Positions 52,820-62,573 of a DNA stretch of 64,000 nt are shown here, piece by piece (the first letter of the stretch is position 1; the number at the start of each line of letters is the position of its first letter). The stretch covers positions 137,287-201,286 of the forward strand of contig CAWBHS010000062.1 in assembly GCA_963788655.1 (NCBI GenBank), in the 5' to 3' direction. Source of the stretch: an uncultured Verrucomicrobiae bacterium. Its GTDB lineage: Bacteria > Verrucomicrobiota > Verrucomicrobiia > Limisphaerales > JAFGQR01. Below the pieces are notes generated by a model. The model searched no databases. It saw only the letters and a list, made by a program, of their open reading frames with translations, and was not told the DNA's origin. The position numbers and the translations under genes were made by a program.

Positions 52820-53263
52820 ATGAAAGTGTCCTTCCGCGAAATTATCAGTGGTTTCAAGAGCCTGCTCATCGGCATGCGCGTGACCATTGGCCAGTTCTTC
52901 AAGCCGTCATTGACGGTGCAATATCCGCATGAATCTCTGAAAATGCCGACGCGTTTTCGCGGGCACATCGAACTGGTGCGCGACGAGACGACCGGCCGGC
53001 CACTCTGTTATGCGTGCAAGCTGTGCGAGAAGTCCTGTCCCACGGATTGCATCAAGGTTGAAGGTGTCAAGCGGGAAGGCGAGAAACGCAAATCAGTGTC
53101 GGAATACCGGCTGGACTTTACCAAGTGCAGTCTGTGCGGATCATGCGTGGAAGCGTGCCGGGACCACGCGATCCGGTTTTCCAACCAGTACAATTTGGCG
53201 AGCACCAACAAGGAGGAGTTTGTCCTTGACTTGTTTAAGCGACTGGAACAGGAAGGAAAATGA
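52820..53263 (+). CDS. nuoI: Complex I-like subunit I
   Basis: TVQYP, RFRG, two CxxCxxCxxxC ferredoxin motifs. Confidence 0.93.
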   Translation: MKVSFREIISGFKSLLIGMRVTIGQFFKPSLTVQYPHESLKMPTRFRGHIELVRDETTGRPLCYACKLCEKSCPTDCIKVEGVKREGEKRKSVSEYRLDFTKCSLCGSCVEACRDHAIRFSNQYNLASTNKEEFVLDLFKRLEQEGK

Positions 53264-53795
53264 CTTCGTTTCCCGCCGCTGATTACATCCTTGCCGGCGT
53301 TTTTGGCCTCATCGTGGCAACCACCGTGGCCGGGGCGTTGATCGCTGCCCTGAGCACGCGCATCATTCGCAGCGTCTGCGGTCTGGCGCTGTGCTGCCTT
53401 GGCTTGGCGGGCTTGTATTACTTTCTAAATAGCCCTTTTCTGGCGCTGATGGAAATCCTGATTTACGTGGGCGCCGTGTGCGTGACCATCGTTTTTGCGA
53501 TCATGCTCGCCGAACCCGATGAGCCGGCCGAGAGGGAATCGCGGGCACAGGAGCCTGATCTGGGGCGGCTGCGCCCTGCTGGTCAGCGCGGCGGTTTTTA
53601 TTGGCGCCGCGCGCTTGGGGCTCCAGGAGAAATGGCTGCCGCCCGTCCAAGCTGACATCGAATGGCTCCGTCGAAGCCATCGGCGTTTCGTTGCTCACCA
53701 CTTACAGTCTGGCTTTTGAACTGATCTCCCTTGTGCTCCTGGTTGCGATCCTGGGCGCGCTGGTGATCGCGCGCACTGGACGAACCAAACCATGA
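53260..53795 (+). CDS. nuoJ: Complex I-like subunit J; two frameshifts
   Basis: ILIYVGAV and YSLAFELISLVLLVAILGA in successive frames. Confidence 0.88.
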
Positions 53796-54118
53796 CCCTC
53801 ATCCACCTTTACGAACAACCCGGAATTTATCTCCTCATCGCGGCCTTTCTCCTGGCCGTCGGCATCTATGGCCTGATCCGGCGCCGCACCCTCATCGGCA
53901 TGCTCATCTCCGGCGAATTGATCTTCGCCGCCGCGTCGCTCAATCTCATGGCCTTGAACCGGTTCGTCGCGCCGGACCCCACCGTCGGCCAGATTTTTGT
54001 GCTGTTCATCATGGGTCTGGCGGCGGCCGAAGTGGCCATTTTGCTCAGCATCGTCATCGCGGTCTATCGCAACTACCGCTCAATCAACTCCGAGGATTTG
54101 TCGGATTTGAACGGCTAG
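53792..54118 (+). CDS. nuoK: Complex I-like subunit K
   Basis: SGELIFAAASLN, GQIFVLF, AAAEVAI. Confidence 0.92.
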   Translation: MTLIHLYEQPGIYLLIAAFLLAVGIYGLIRRRTLIGMLISGELIFAAASLNLMALNRFVAPDPTVGQIFVLFIMGLAAAEVAILLSIVIAVYRNYRSINSEDLSDLNG

Positions 54119-54122
54119 CCGC

Positions 54123-55597
54123 ATGGACACGATTCCCGACATCCGCCTCCTCCTGGCCTTGCTGGCCCCGCTCCTGGGTTCGGTGCTGGTGATGGCCACC
54201 GGCAAACGGCCGAACCTCCGCGAAGCCTGTTCTTTTCTCGCCGCGGCCGCGCTGTTCACCATCACGCTCACGCTGGTTCCGGCGGTGCGCGACGGGAAGA
54301 TCTTGTCCTATACCGTGTTTCAACTGCTGCCGGGCCTGAGCATTTCGCTGCGCGCCGACGGGCTGTCGATGATCTTTGCCATCGCCGCCTCGTTCCTGTG
54401 GGTGGTCACGGTGTTTTATTCGGCCGGCTACATGCGTGGCCTGGAGGAACACGCGCAAACCCGGTTCAACGTCTGTTTCGCCCTGACGCTGTTCGGCGCC
54501 ATCGGCTGCGCGTTCGCCGACAATCTGCTCACCCTGTATCTCTTTTACGAAATCGTCAGCGTTTGCACCTATCCGTTGGTGGCCCATCATCAGGACGAGG
54601 AAGGCTACGAGGGCGGCAAGAAATATCTCGTCTATCTGACCAGCACCGCCAAGGGGCTCATTCTCCCGGCGATGATTTTGATTTACGTGCTGACGGGCAA
54701 CCTGGATTTCGCCCACAACATGCATACCGGCATCCTGCCGCAGGACGTGGGACGCGGCGTGGTGACCGCCCTCTACGTTTGCTGCATCCTCGGCTTCGCA
54801 AAGAACGGCATCATGCCCCTGCACAATTGGCTGCCCAGCGCCATGGTGGCGCCGACGCCGGTCAGCGCCCTGTTGCACGCGGTGGCGGTCGTCAAGGTGG
54901 GCGTGTTCTCCACGGTGCGCACGATGCTGTACGTCTTCGGCGTGGATCGATGGACGCGCTGCATCTGGGCCTGCCGACGGCGTATTTCGTTTCGTTCACC
55001 ATCATCGTGGCCTCGATCATTGCGCTCAGCAAAGACAACCTGAAAGCGCGGTTGGCCTATTCCACCGTGAGCCAGCTTTCCTACATCATTCTCGGCGTGG
55101 CGCTGCTGAAACCGGCCGGCATCGAAGGCGGCCTCATTCACATTGCCAACCACGCCTTTGCCAAGATTACGCTGTTCTTCTGCGCCGGCGCGATCTACGT
55201 GGCCACGCACAAGAAAAACATATCGGAGATGAACGGCCTGGGGCGCGCGATGCCGTTTACGTTCGGGGCGTTTGCCATTGCCTCGTTGAGCATGATTGGC
55301 GTGCCGCCGGTGGCCGGCTTTATTACCAAGTGGTATTTGCTGGTGGGCGCCATGGATGCCGGCTCGATTGGCATCATCATCGTGCTTCTGACCAGCACGC
55401 TGCTCAACGCCGCCTATTTCGCTCCGGTCGTCTATAACGGATTCTTCGGGAAACCCGCCGCCGAAGATGCCGGCAAGAAATTTTCCGAGGCGCATCCGGC
55501 CATGGTGATCCCTTTGGTTCTCACGGCGATCATTTCGGTCGTCATCGGTCTCTATCCTGACTTCTTCATGCACTTCGCCCAAGGCCTGATGCCATGA
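54123..55597 (+). CDS. Extra MrpD-like antiporter subunit; frameshift near 54948
   Basis: LFYEIV, LHNWLPSAMVAPTPVSALLHAVAVVK, LAYSTVSQLSY, HAFAKITLFF. Confidence 0.88.
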
Positions 55598-55856
55598 GAC
55601 TCTTGAAAATAATCCAGTTTCTCCGCCAACACCTGAAACGCGTGGTGCGCCTGAGCCTGGTGGCCCTGGCCATCCTGGTGATTCTCAGCGCCATCCCGGC
55701 GATCGTTAGCACCGAGCACGCCCACACCTGGCTGGAACGAACATCCCGGGCTTCTGGTCGATCTTCGGTTTCGTGGGCTGCGTCATTCTCATTGTCGCTT
55801 CCAAATGGTTCGGCCACCTCGGCATCATGCAGCGCGAAGATTACTACGATGAGTAA
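55594..55856 (+). CDS. Small two-TM membrane protein; frameshift near 55738
   Basis: MRLLKII...EHAHTWLE joins HIPGFWSIFGFVGCVILIVASKWFGHLGIMQREDYYDE*; overlaps both neighbours. Confidence 0.7.
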
Positions 55857-57632
55857 TTTCTGGTTCCATCCCGCATTGATCCTGTTCCTGGGCGCGGTCC
55901 TGCTGCCCCTGGTGCCCTCGCGACTGAAACGGGGCTACCTGCTCGCCATCCCGATCCTGACCTTCCTGCGGATTGTCTTCATGTCCAACGGGATGTTCGG
56001 GCAAGTGCAATTTCTTCGGTTGGACTCTGGTATTTGGCCGGGTCGATGCGCTGAGTCACGTGTTCGGATACATCATGGGATTGATGGCCATCCTCGGCAC
56101 GCTCTACGGACTGCACGACAAGGACGACGGCCAACACATCGCCGCTTGGTTCTATGCGGGCGGCTCGCTGGGAGCCATTTTCGCCGGCGATTTTTTGACG
56201 CTCTTCCTGTTCTGGGAACTGATGGCGATCTCGTCCGTTTTTCTGATTTGGTTCCGTCGCCGCCCGGAATCGCTGGCCGCCGGTTTTCGGTATTTGCTGG
56301 TGCATACCGCCGGCGGGGTGGTGTTGCTGGCCGGCATCATCATCCACTGCACCGCGTCAAACGATTGGACCTTCAGCACCTTCGATGTTCACCAGCCCAC
56401 CCTGGCAACCTATCTGGTGATGATCGGCTTCATTCTGAACGCCGCGGTGCCGCCGTTGCACGCCTGGCTGCCGGATGCCTATGGCGCCGGCACGTTCAAC
56501 GGATCGGTGTTCCTCTGCGCTTTCACGACCAAGACCGCCGTCTATGCGCTGTGCCGCGGGTTTCCCGGCATGGGCATTCTCGTGGTCCTCGGCGTGATCA
56601 TGGCGCTTTACGGGGTCGTGTATGCGGTATTGGAAAACGACTCCCGCCGGTTGCTGGCTTATCACATCATCAGCCAGGTCGGCTACATGGTGGCCGGCGT
56701 CGGCATCGGCACGCAAATCGCCATCAACGGCGCCTGCGCGCACGCCTTTGCGCACATCCTTTACAAAGGCCTCCTGTTCATGGGCTGCGGCGCGGTGCTG
56801 CACATGACCGGCAAGAGCAAGTTCACCGAACTGGGCGGGCTGTACGAAGAAGATGCCCTGGACCTTTGTGTTCACGCTGATCGGCGGTCTGTCCATCTCG
56901 GCGTTTCCGCTGTTCAGCGGTTTTGTCAGCAAATCCATGATCGTTCAGGCGGGCTTTGACAGTCACCTGCTGTGGGCGGGTTATCTGCTGAACTGCTGGC
57001 GTCGGCGGGAACGTTCCTGCACACCGGGCTCAAGGTGCCTTACTTTATCTGGTTTGGAAAAAACAACTGCAGCAACGAAACCTGGCAGCGGGCCAAGGAG
57101 CCGCCGTGGAACATGATCATGGCCATGGCCATCACGGCCTTCCTGTGCATCTTCATCGGATGCTACACGCCGTATCTGTACCACATGCTGCCTTATCCGG
57201 TGGACTATCATCCGTACAACGCCTATCACATTTTTGAGACGCTCCAATTCCTGGCCTTCACCGCGGTAGGCTTCTTCCTGCTGATCAAGAAGCTTACACC
57301 CGAACCGACCATCAGCCTGGATCTCGATTGGTTTTACCGCAAAGGCGGACGCGCCTTCGCCTGGCTGGCGCGCAAGCCGATCCAATGGGCCGATACCTGC
57401 GTGGGCGAAATCTACCGGCTCGGCGGCCTGATCCCATTGATGAAATCCGCGCGCGGGTGTCGGCCTGTTCGACAACAGCGTGATCGACGGCATCGTGGAC
57501 GGCCTGGCCGTCACCGTCCGGGAAACGGGACGCCGCCTCCGCATCGTCCAACGCGGCGCGGTGCAGGAAAACCTGGCCCTGGCCTTTGTCGTGGCGGCGG
57601 TGATTGGTCTGATTCTGTTGCTCATTTTCTAA
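55849..57632 (+). CDS. MrpD/NuoL-like antiporter subunit with NuoL-type C-terminal helix; about 4 frameshifts
   Basis: LFWELM, LHAWLPDAY, LLAYHIISQVGY, HILYKGLLF; tail FDNSVIDGIVDG...LRIVQRGAVQEN plus a final TM. Confidence 0.82.
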
Positions 57633-57640
57633 AGCGCGCG

Positions 57641-59150
57641 ATGACACTCCCCCCCCCAACTGAAGCTTTTCCGGTGCTAAGCGTGCTGATTTTCAGCCCG
57701 CTGGTGGTCGCTGCCATCGCCGCGTTCATCCGCAACGAGCGCGCGCTGCGCTGGTGGACGCTGGCCGGCACGTTGGCCATTGCGGGTTACTCGCTGCCGC
57801 TTTACTTTCGATTTGATGCTTCGACCGCCGCGTTCCAGTTTGTCGAGAACGCGCCCTGGATACGAACCTTGAACATCAACTACACGCTGGGCGTGGATGG
57901 CATCAGCCTCCTGCTCGTGCTGCTGACGACCCTCATCATGCCGCTGTGCGTGCTGGCGTCGTGGCGGTACATCACGATGCGGGTGAAAGAGTTCATGATC
58001 TGCATGTTGATCATGGAGACGGCGATGATTGGGGTGTTCTGCGCGCTGGACTTCGTCCTCTTCTTCATCTTCTGGGAATCGATGCTGATCCCGATGAGCT
58101 TGATGATCGGCATCTGGGGCGGCCCCCGCAAGATTTACGCCGCGGTGAAGTTCTTCATTTACACGATGACGGGCTCGATCCTGTTGCTCGTCGCCATCAT
58201 TGCGCTCTTTCTCCAGGTGGGCAGTTTCAGCATTCCCGAAATGATGGGCACGGCATTACTCGCCCACCTTCCAATGCTGGATCTTTCTCGCGTTCTTCAT
58301 TTCGTTCGCCATCAAAGTGCCCATGTTCCCGTTCCATACCTGGTTGCCGGCGGCCCACGTGGAAGCCCCGACCGCCGGCAGCGTGCTGCTCGCCAGCATC
58401 CTGCTCAAAATGGGCACCTACGGTTTCCTGCGTTTCTGCCTGCCGATCACGCCTTACGGCACGCACGTTTTCCTGCCGTACATGCTGGGACTCTCGATTG
58501 CGGGCATCCTGTACGGCGGCTTCGCGGCACTGGCGCAGAGTGACCTCAAGAAACTGGTGGCCTATTCCAGCGTCGGGCACATGGGCTTTGCGACCCTGGG
58601 TATTTTCGTGTTGAACAGTGCCGGGATCGAAGGCTCGCTGATGGTCATGATCAACCACGGCGTCACCACGGGTGCGTTGTTCATCGTGGTGGGTATGATT
58701 TACGAGCGGCTGCACACCCGCGAATTGAACCGGGCCGCCGGCCTGGGCAAATACATGCCGGTTTTTGCCATGTTCCTCGGCGTGTTCGCGCTGTCCTCGC
58801 TGGCCTTCCCTGGCACCAATAGCTTCATCGGCGAATTCCTGGTGCTGGCCGGCAGCTTCACCTTTTCCAAGTGGATGATCATCGCCGCCGTGCCGGGGGT
58901 GGTGCTGGCGGCGGCTTACATGCTCCGCATGCTCCAACGGGTTGCCTGGGGCGGCACGAACAATCCTGATCAATCCGTGCTCAAGGATTTGAACTTCCGC
59001 GAGGTGTTGACCCTGGCACCGCTCCTGGTCTTTGTCTTGTGGATCGGCCTGCACCCGCAGCCATTCATCCGCGTCATGCACGCCAGTGTGCAACAACTGG
59101 TCCAACAAGTCAGCCAGTCGGCGGCGTATGCTTCTTTGCCAACACCATGA
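57641..59150 (+). CDS. nuoM: Complex I-like subunit M; frameshift near 58250
   Basis: LGVDGIS, FFIFWE, PFHTWLPAAHVEAPTAGS, LLKMGTYG, AYSSVGHMG. Confidence 0.93.
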
Positions 59151-59296
59151 TGAACGTAATGATGCAACCGAAGCTCATTTACCTGTCACTTGCCAGCATC
59201 AAAGACGGAGCCGGGAAGCAATGAACAGCACCCAACCAATCCGGAATTTCGACGTTTTCCGTGAATCCACTCTGCCGGGTGTGCGCGCGCGTCATT

Positions 59297-59468
59297 CCCC
59301 CTCACCCCAACCCTCTCCCTTGCGGAGAGGGAGAACCATCTGTCGCCTTAGTCGGAACGTCGAGGCCGCCTGAACCATTGCTACGTGGTGTCAGCAAACG
59401 AGGTCTGGAAACAACGGAACTGGCCGTTAGCTGTTCCCTCTCCCCGGGGGAGAGGGTCAGGGTGAGGG
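59297..59468. repeat. CCCTCACCCC..GGAGAGGG-type REP doublet
   Basis: CCCTCACCCCAACCCTCTCCC...GGAGAGGG and its inverse CCCTCTCCCCGGGGGAGAGGGTCAGGGTGAGGG. Confidence 0.82.
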
Positions 59469-59519
59469 CGACCCAATCCCAAGATCCAATCGAAGATCGC
59501 ACCTCTGTCCGCGAGCCCC

Positions 59520-59575
59520 TTGGTCATTCGGCCTTGGTCATTCTCTGGTCATTGGCCATTGGCCCTTGGTCATTC
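59520..59575. repeat. Heptamer tandem repeat (TTGGTCA-like)
   Basis: TTGGTCA TTCGGCC TTGGTCA ... TTGGCCA TTGGCCC TTGGTCA; related array at about 7979-8028. Confidence 0.7.
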
Positions 59576-59625
59576 CTCAAATATCCTGGCGGCTGGCTTT
59601 TCCAACCTGCTCCTTTGAATCGCTC

Positions 59626-61050
59626 ATGGCTTTCCTTCCTGAACTCATTCTGCTGATCGGGGCCTTGGTCCTGTTTGTCATTTCACTCGGCAATTTCCGG
59701 GTGACGCAAGCCCGCATCACGGCCCTGGTCATTGCGGTGGCGGCGATCATTGGCGCCGCGGTTTCGCTCGGGCAGGAAGGCGTTCTGTTCAGCGGGGCGT
59801 ACCGGGTGGACCTCTTTTCGCAATGGCTGAAGCTGGCATTTGCCGTCGGCTTCCTGCTGGTTTTGTTAGCCAGCGGGAAACTGCCGGACATCCGGGAGGA
59901 CATTAAGCCAGAGTATTTCCTCTTTTTCACGCTGAGCGTGTGCGGCTTGACGATGCTTGTCAGTTGCGTCGATATCATCACCCTCGTGGTGGCGCTCGAA
60001 TTGTCCTCCTTTCCGCTGTATCTCATGGTGCCCATGCGTCGCGAGCGGGAAGGTCAACGCAGCCAGATGGAATCCGCCATCAAATACGTCATGTTTGGCG
60101 TGGCCGGCAACGGCATCATGTTCTTCGGCATGAGCTACCTGTTTGGTCTGACCGGCACCACCTCCCTGCCGAAGATGCTGGTGAATCTCCAGCCGGTGAT
60201 TCATTCGCCGCTGGCGATCGCGGGACTGGCGCTGACCTTTGCCGGCCTCTTTTACAAACTGGCGGTGTTTCCGTTCCACTTTTGGACGCCCGATGTTTAT
60301 GAGGGCGCTTCGAACGAAACCACCACCCTCATCGCCTCGTTGCCGAAAGTCGGCGCCGTCGCCGTGCTGGTGCGTTTCGCTTCGCTCGCCACGCCGGACC
60401 ACCAGATCGTCGCGCTGCTCCTGGCCATTCTCGCGGTGGTTTCGATGTTCTATGGCAACCTGATCGCGCTGGCCCAGAACGATCTCAAACGCCTGCTGGG
60501 GTTCTCGAGTATCGCTCATGCCGGTTACGCTTTGATCGGTTTCGTGGCCCTCACGCCGGCGGGCTATGCCGCCGCGCTTTATTACATCATTGCCTATGTG
60601 TTCATGATCCTTGCGTGTTTCGCGGTGGTCTGCAAAGTCTCGCGCGACGGAGCGAATGTGACCATCGAGGATCTGGGCGGATTGCACCGGCGCGCACCCT
60701 TGCTGGCGATCACGCTGGTGGTGGGCATGTTTGCGCTGGCCGGGATTCCGCCGTTCGCGGGGTTCATGGGCAAACTGGCATTGCTCAAGGCGGCGCTGAC
60801 TCAAGGGCAACTCACCCTGGTCATCCTTGCCGTCGTCAACACGGCCATTGCGATCTACTACTATTTGCGGGTGGTCCGCGAAGCCTACATCGGCGATGCC
60901 GGGGATAAGCCGGCGATCCGCCTTGATTGGTCCACGCGGGTGCTGTGTCTGGTGCTCATCGCCGGCATCATCCTGCTCGGCATTGCACCGGGCCGCATCC
61001 TGGATGTCATTTCCGCATCCTTGGCCTACGTGAACCTGCCGCTGCCGTAA
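59626..61050 (+). CDS. nuoN: Complex I-like subunit N
   Basis: FLPELIL, ESAIKY, FYKLAVFPFHFWTPDVYEGA, LKRLLGFSSIAHAGY. Start codon uncertain. Confidence 0.93.
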   Translation: MAFLPELILLIGALVLFVISLGNFRVTQARITALVIAVAAIIGAAVSLGQEGVLFSGAYRVDLFSQWLKLAFAVGFLLVLLASGKLPDIREDIKPEYFLFFTLSVCGLTMLVSCVDIITLVVALELSSFPLYLMVPMRREREGQRSQMESAIKYVMFGVAGNGIMFFGMSYLFGLTGTTSLPKMLVNLQPVIHSPLAIAGLALTFAGLFYKLAVFPFHFWTPDVYEGASNETTTLIASLPKVGAVAVLVRFASLATPDHQIVALLLAILAVVSMFYGNLIALAQNDLKRLLGFSSIAHAGYALIGFVALTPAGYAAALYYIIAYVFMILACFAVVCKVSRDGANVTIEDLGGLHRRAPLLAITLVVGMFALAGIPPFAGFMGKLALLKAALTQGQLTLVILAVVNTAIAIYYYLRVVREAYIGDAGDKPAIRLDWSTRVLCLVLIAGIILLGIAPGRILDVISASLAYVNLPLP

Positions 61051-61105
61051 GCGCTGAAGGGCAACTCGGTCAGCAGCGCAATAAGCCATACGAGCAGCCG
61101 CCAGG

Positions 61106-61186
61106 TTTTGGAGTGCGGCAGTCCTCTGCCGCTGTCGATGGTGACGAGGCGTTTGATAGCGGCAGAGGGCTACCGCACTCCAAGAC
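61106..61186. repeat. TTTGGAGTGCG-family palindromic doublet after nuoN
   Basis: TTTTGGAGTGCGGCAGTCCTCTGCCGCT ... AGCGGCAGAGGGCTACCGCACTCCAAGA. Confidence 0.8.
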
Positions 61187-61515
61187 GCTGCGGCGTCAGC
61201 GACCGCGTCGGGGTTATCGCGAAAAGGTACGGGCGACGAAGCGGCCATCGTTTGATTATCCGGAACGAACAAGTCGCCTGTGCTCATCATTCGGACGGGG
61301 AGCGCAACCTGCCCCAGGCGCTGTCAGCAACGCCCTGCCGTTGATGCGAATAGCGTCGGCGGTCCTGAAACCGAAAGTGCTGTTCTTGCAGGTGGTCGGC
61401 GCGTGGCGCACCGACCGACAGGCGAGGCGCCTGTGCTCCCCTTCCGGAAGGGGGCGCGTCCTCCGTGGGAACTCCGTTGCGTGGGGCGCGGACGCTGCAT
61501 ATACTGTCAACGAGT

Positions 61516-61827
61516 ATGCCGGTTGAAACTGCAACCCACATTTGGCTGGATGACCGCGGCACGGCTTGGATTGACCAGGCCAATACCAAAGTCATTGAAG
61601 TCGTCATGGACAAACTCGCTCACGAGTCGAGTCCGGAAGAAATTCACTTCCAGTATCCCCATCTATCACTGGCGCAGATCCACGCGGCCCTGGCCTACTA
61701 CTACGACCATAAGACCAAGATCGACGCACAAATCGAGCAAAGCCTGCAGCGTTACGAGCAAGTGCGCGCCCAAGTCGGTGAGTCGCCTCTCGGCAAACTT
61801 CGCCGCGAAGTTAACAAACCCAAGTGA
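61516..61827 (+). CDS. DUF433-family antitoxin
   Basis: SPEEIHFQYPHLSLAQIHAALAYY. Confidence 0.88.
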   Translation: MPVETATHIWLDDRGTAWIDQANTKVIEVVMDKLAHESSPEEIHFQYPHLSLAQIHAALAYYYDHKTKIDAQIEQSLQRYEQVRAQVGESPLGKLRREVNKPK

Positions 61828-62174
61828 GCGTCGCGCTCTACATGGATGTGCATGTGCGACGAGCGGTTACTGTGGCGCTCCGCGAACGTGGCGTGGACGT
61901 GCTGCCGGCTCAGACTGACGGGACTACCGAACTCTCCGATCCCGACCTTCTCGACCGGGCCACCGAACTTGGCCGGTTACTGTTCAGTCAGGACGAAGAT
62001 CTGCTGGTAGAAGCCGTCAGGCGGCAGCGCAGCAGCGTTCCGTTTGCTGGCGTCGTATATGCACATCAACTGAGGGTTACAATCGGCCAGTGCGTAAACG
62101 ACCTCGAATTTATTGCCAAGGTCGGCAATCCTACCGACCTCGCCAACCGCATTCACTTTCTGCCGTTGGGATAG
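61824..62174 (+). CDS. DUF5615 / PIN-like (VapC45-type) toxin
   Basis: LYMDVHV, LRERGVDV, SDPDLLDRA, LFSQDEDL; GTGA overlap with the antitoxin. Confidence 0.85.
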   Translation: MSVALYMDVHVRRAVTVALRERGVDVLPAQTDGTTELSDPDLLDRATELGRLLFSQDEDLLVEAVRRQRSSVPFAGVVYAHQLRVTIGQCVNDLEFIAKVGNPTDLANRIHFLPLG

Positions 62175-62315
62175 TAAGCGTAAAACCCGCCCAGTCATGC
62201 CGCCGCTATGTCGGAACGCTGCAATTAACATGAAATCAACAACATTAGCCATCGCCACAAAAAGCTTGTAACTTTGGGCGGTTTGGCGGCTCATAACCCT
62301 CGACTGATTTGCATT

Positions 62316-62573
62316 ATGAAATGCCAAGACCTAATGGCAGTATTGAACGAATACGTGGACGGCGAGATTGATCCCGGCGTCTGCGAGGAGTTCGAAAAAC
62401 ATATCGCGGGCTGCAATCCTTGCCAGGTCGTGGTGGACAATATTCGGCAAACCATCACGCTCTACCAGGAAGGCAAGCCTTACGAGCTGCCGCTGACCTT
62501 TCGCACACGGCTGCACTCGGCGCTGCGGCAGCGATGGAAAGAAATGCACCCCGCGGAGGAAGGCGCCGAATGA
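62316..62573 (+). CDS. Stand-alone zf-HC2 (anti-sigma-like zinc finger) protein
   Basis: MKC...LNEYVDGE...HIAGCNPC (HxxxCxxC). Confidence 0.82.
   Translation: MKCQDLMAVLNEYVDGEIDPGVCEEFEKHIAGCNPCQVVVDNIRQTITLYQEGKPYELPLTFRTRLHSALRQRWKEMHPAEEGAE

Noticed and set aside
55594..56880. 428-aa ORF as a single protein
   Set aside because: Chimera created by frameshifts: start of the small protein, start of the antiporter subunit, then out-of-frame sequence.
12361..59150. More than 20 frameshifts suggesting mass pseudogenisation or programmed frameshifting
   Set aside because: They are single-base indels that also hit rplI, rpsF and pth, and the fragments show no accumulation of stops or decay. 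Uncorrected long-read error is the simplest explanation; read polishing would confirm it.
61516..62174. Toxin-antitoxin pair as a marker of a prophage or island
   Set aside because: No integrase, att repeats or phage genes nearby; DUF433/PIN pairs are common solitary insertions.
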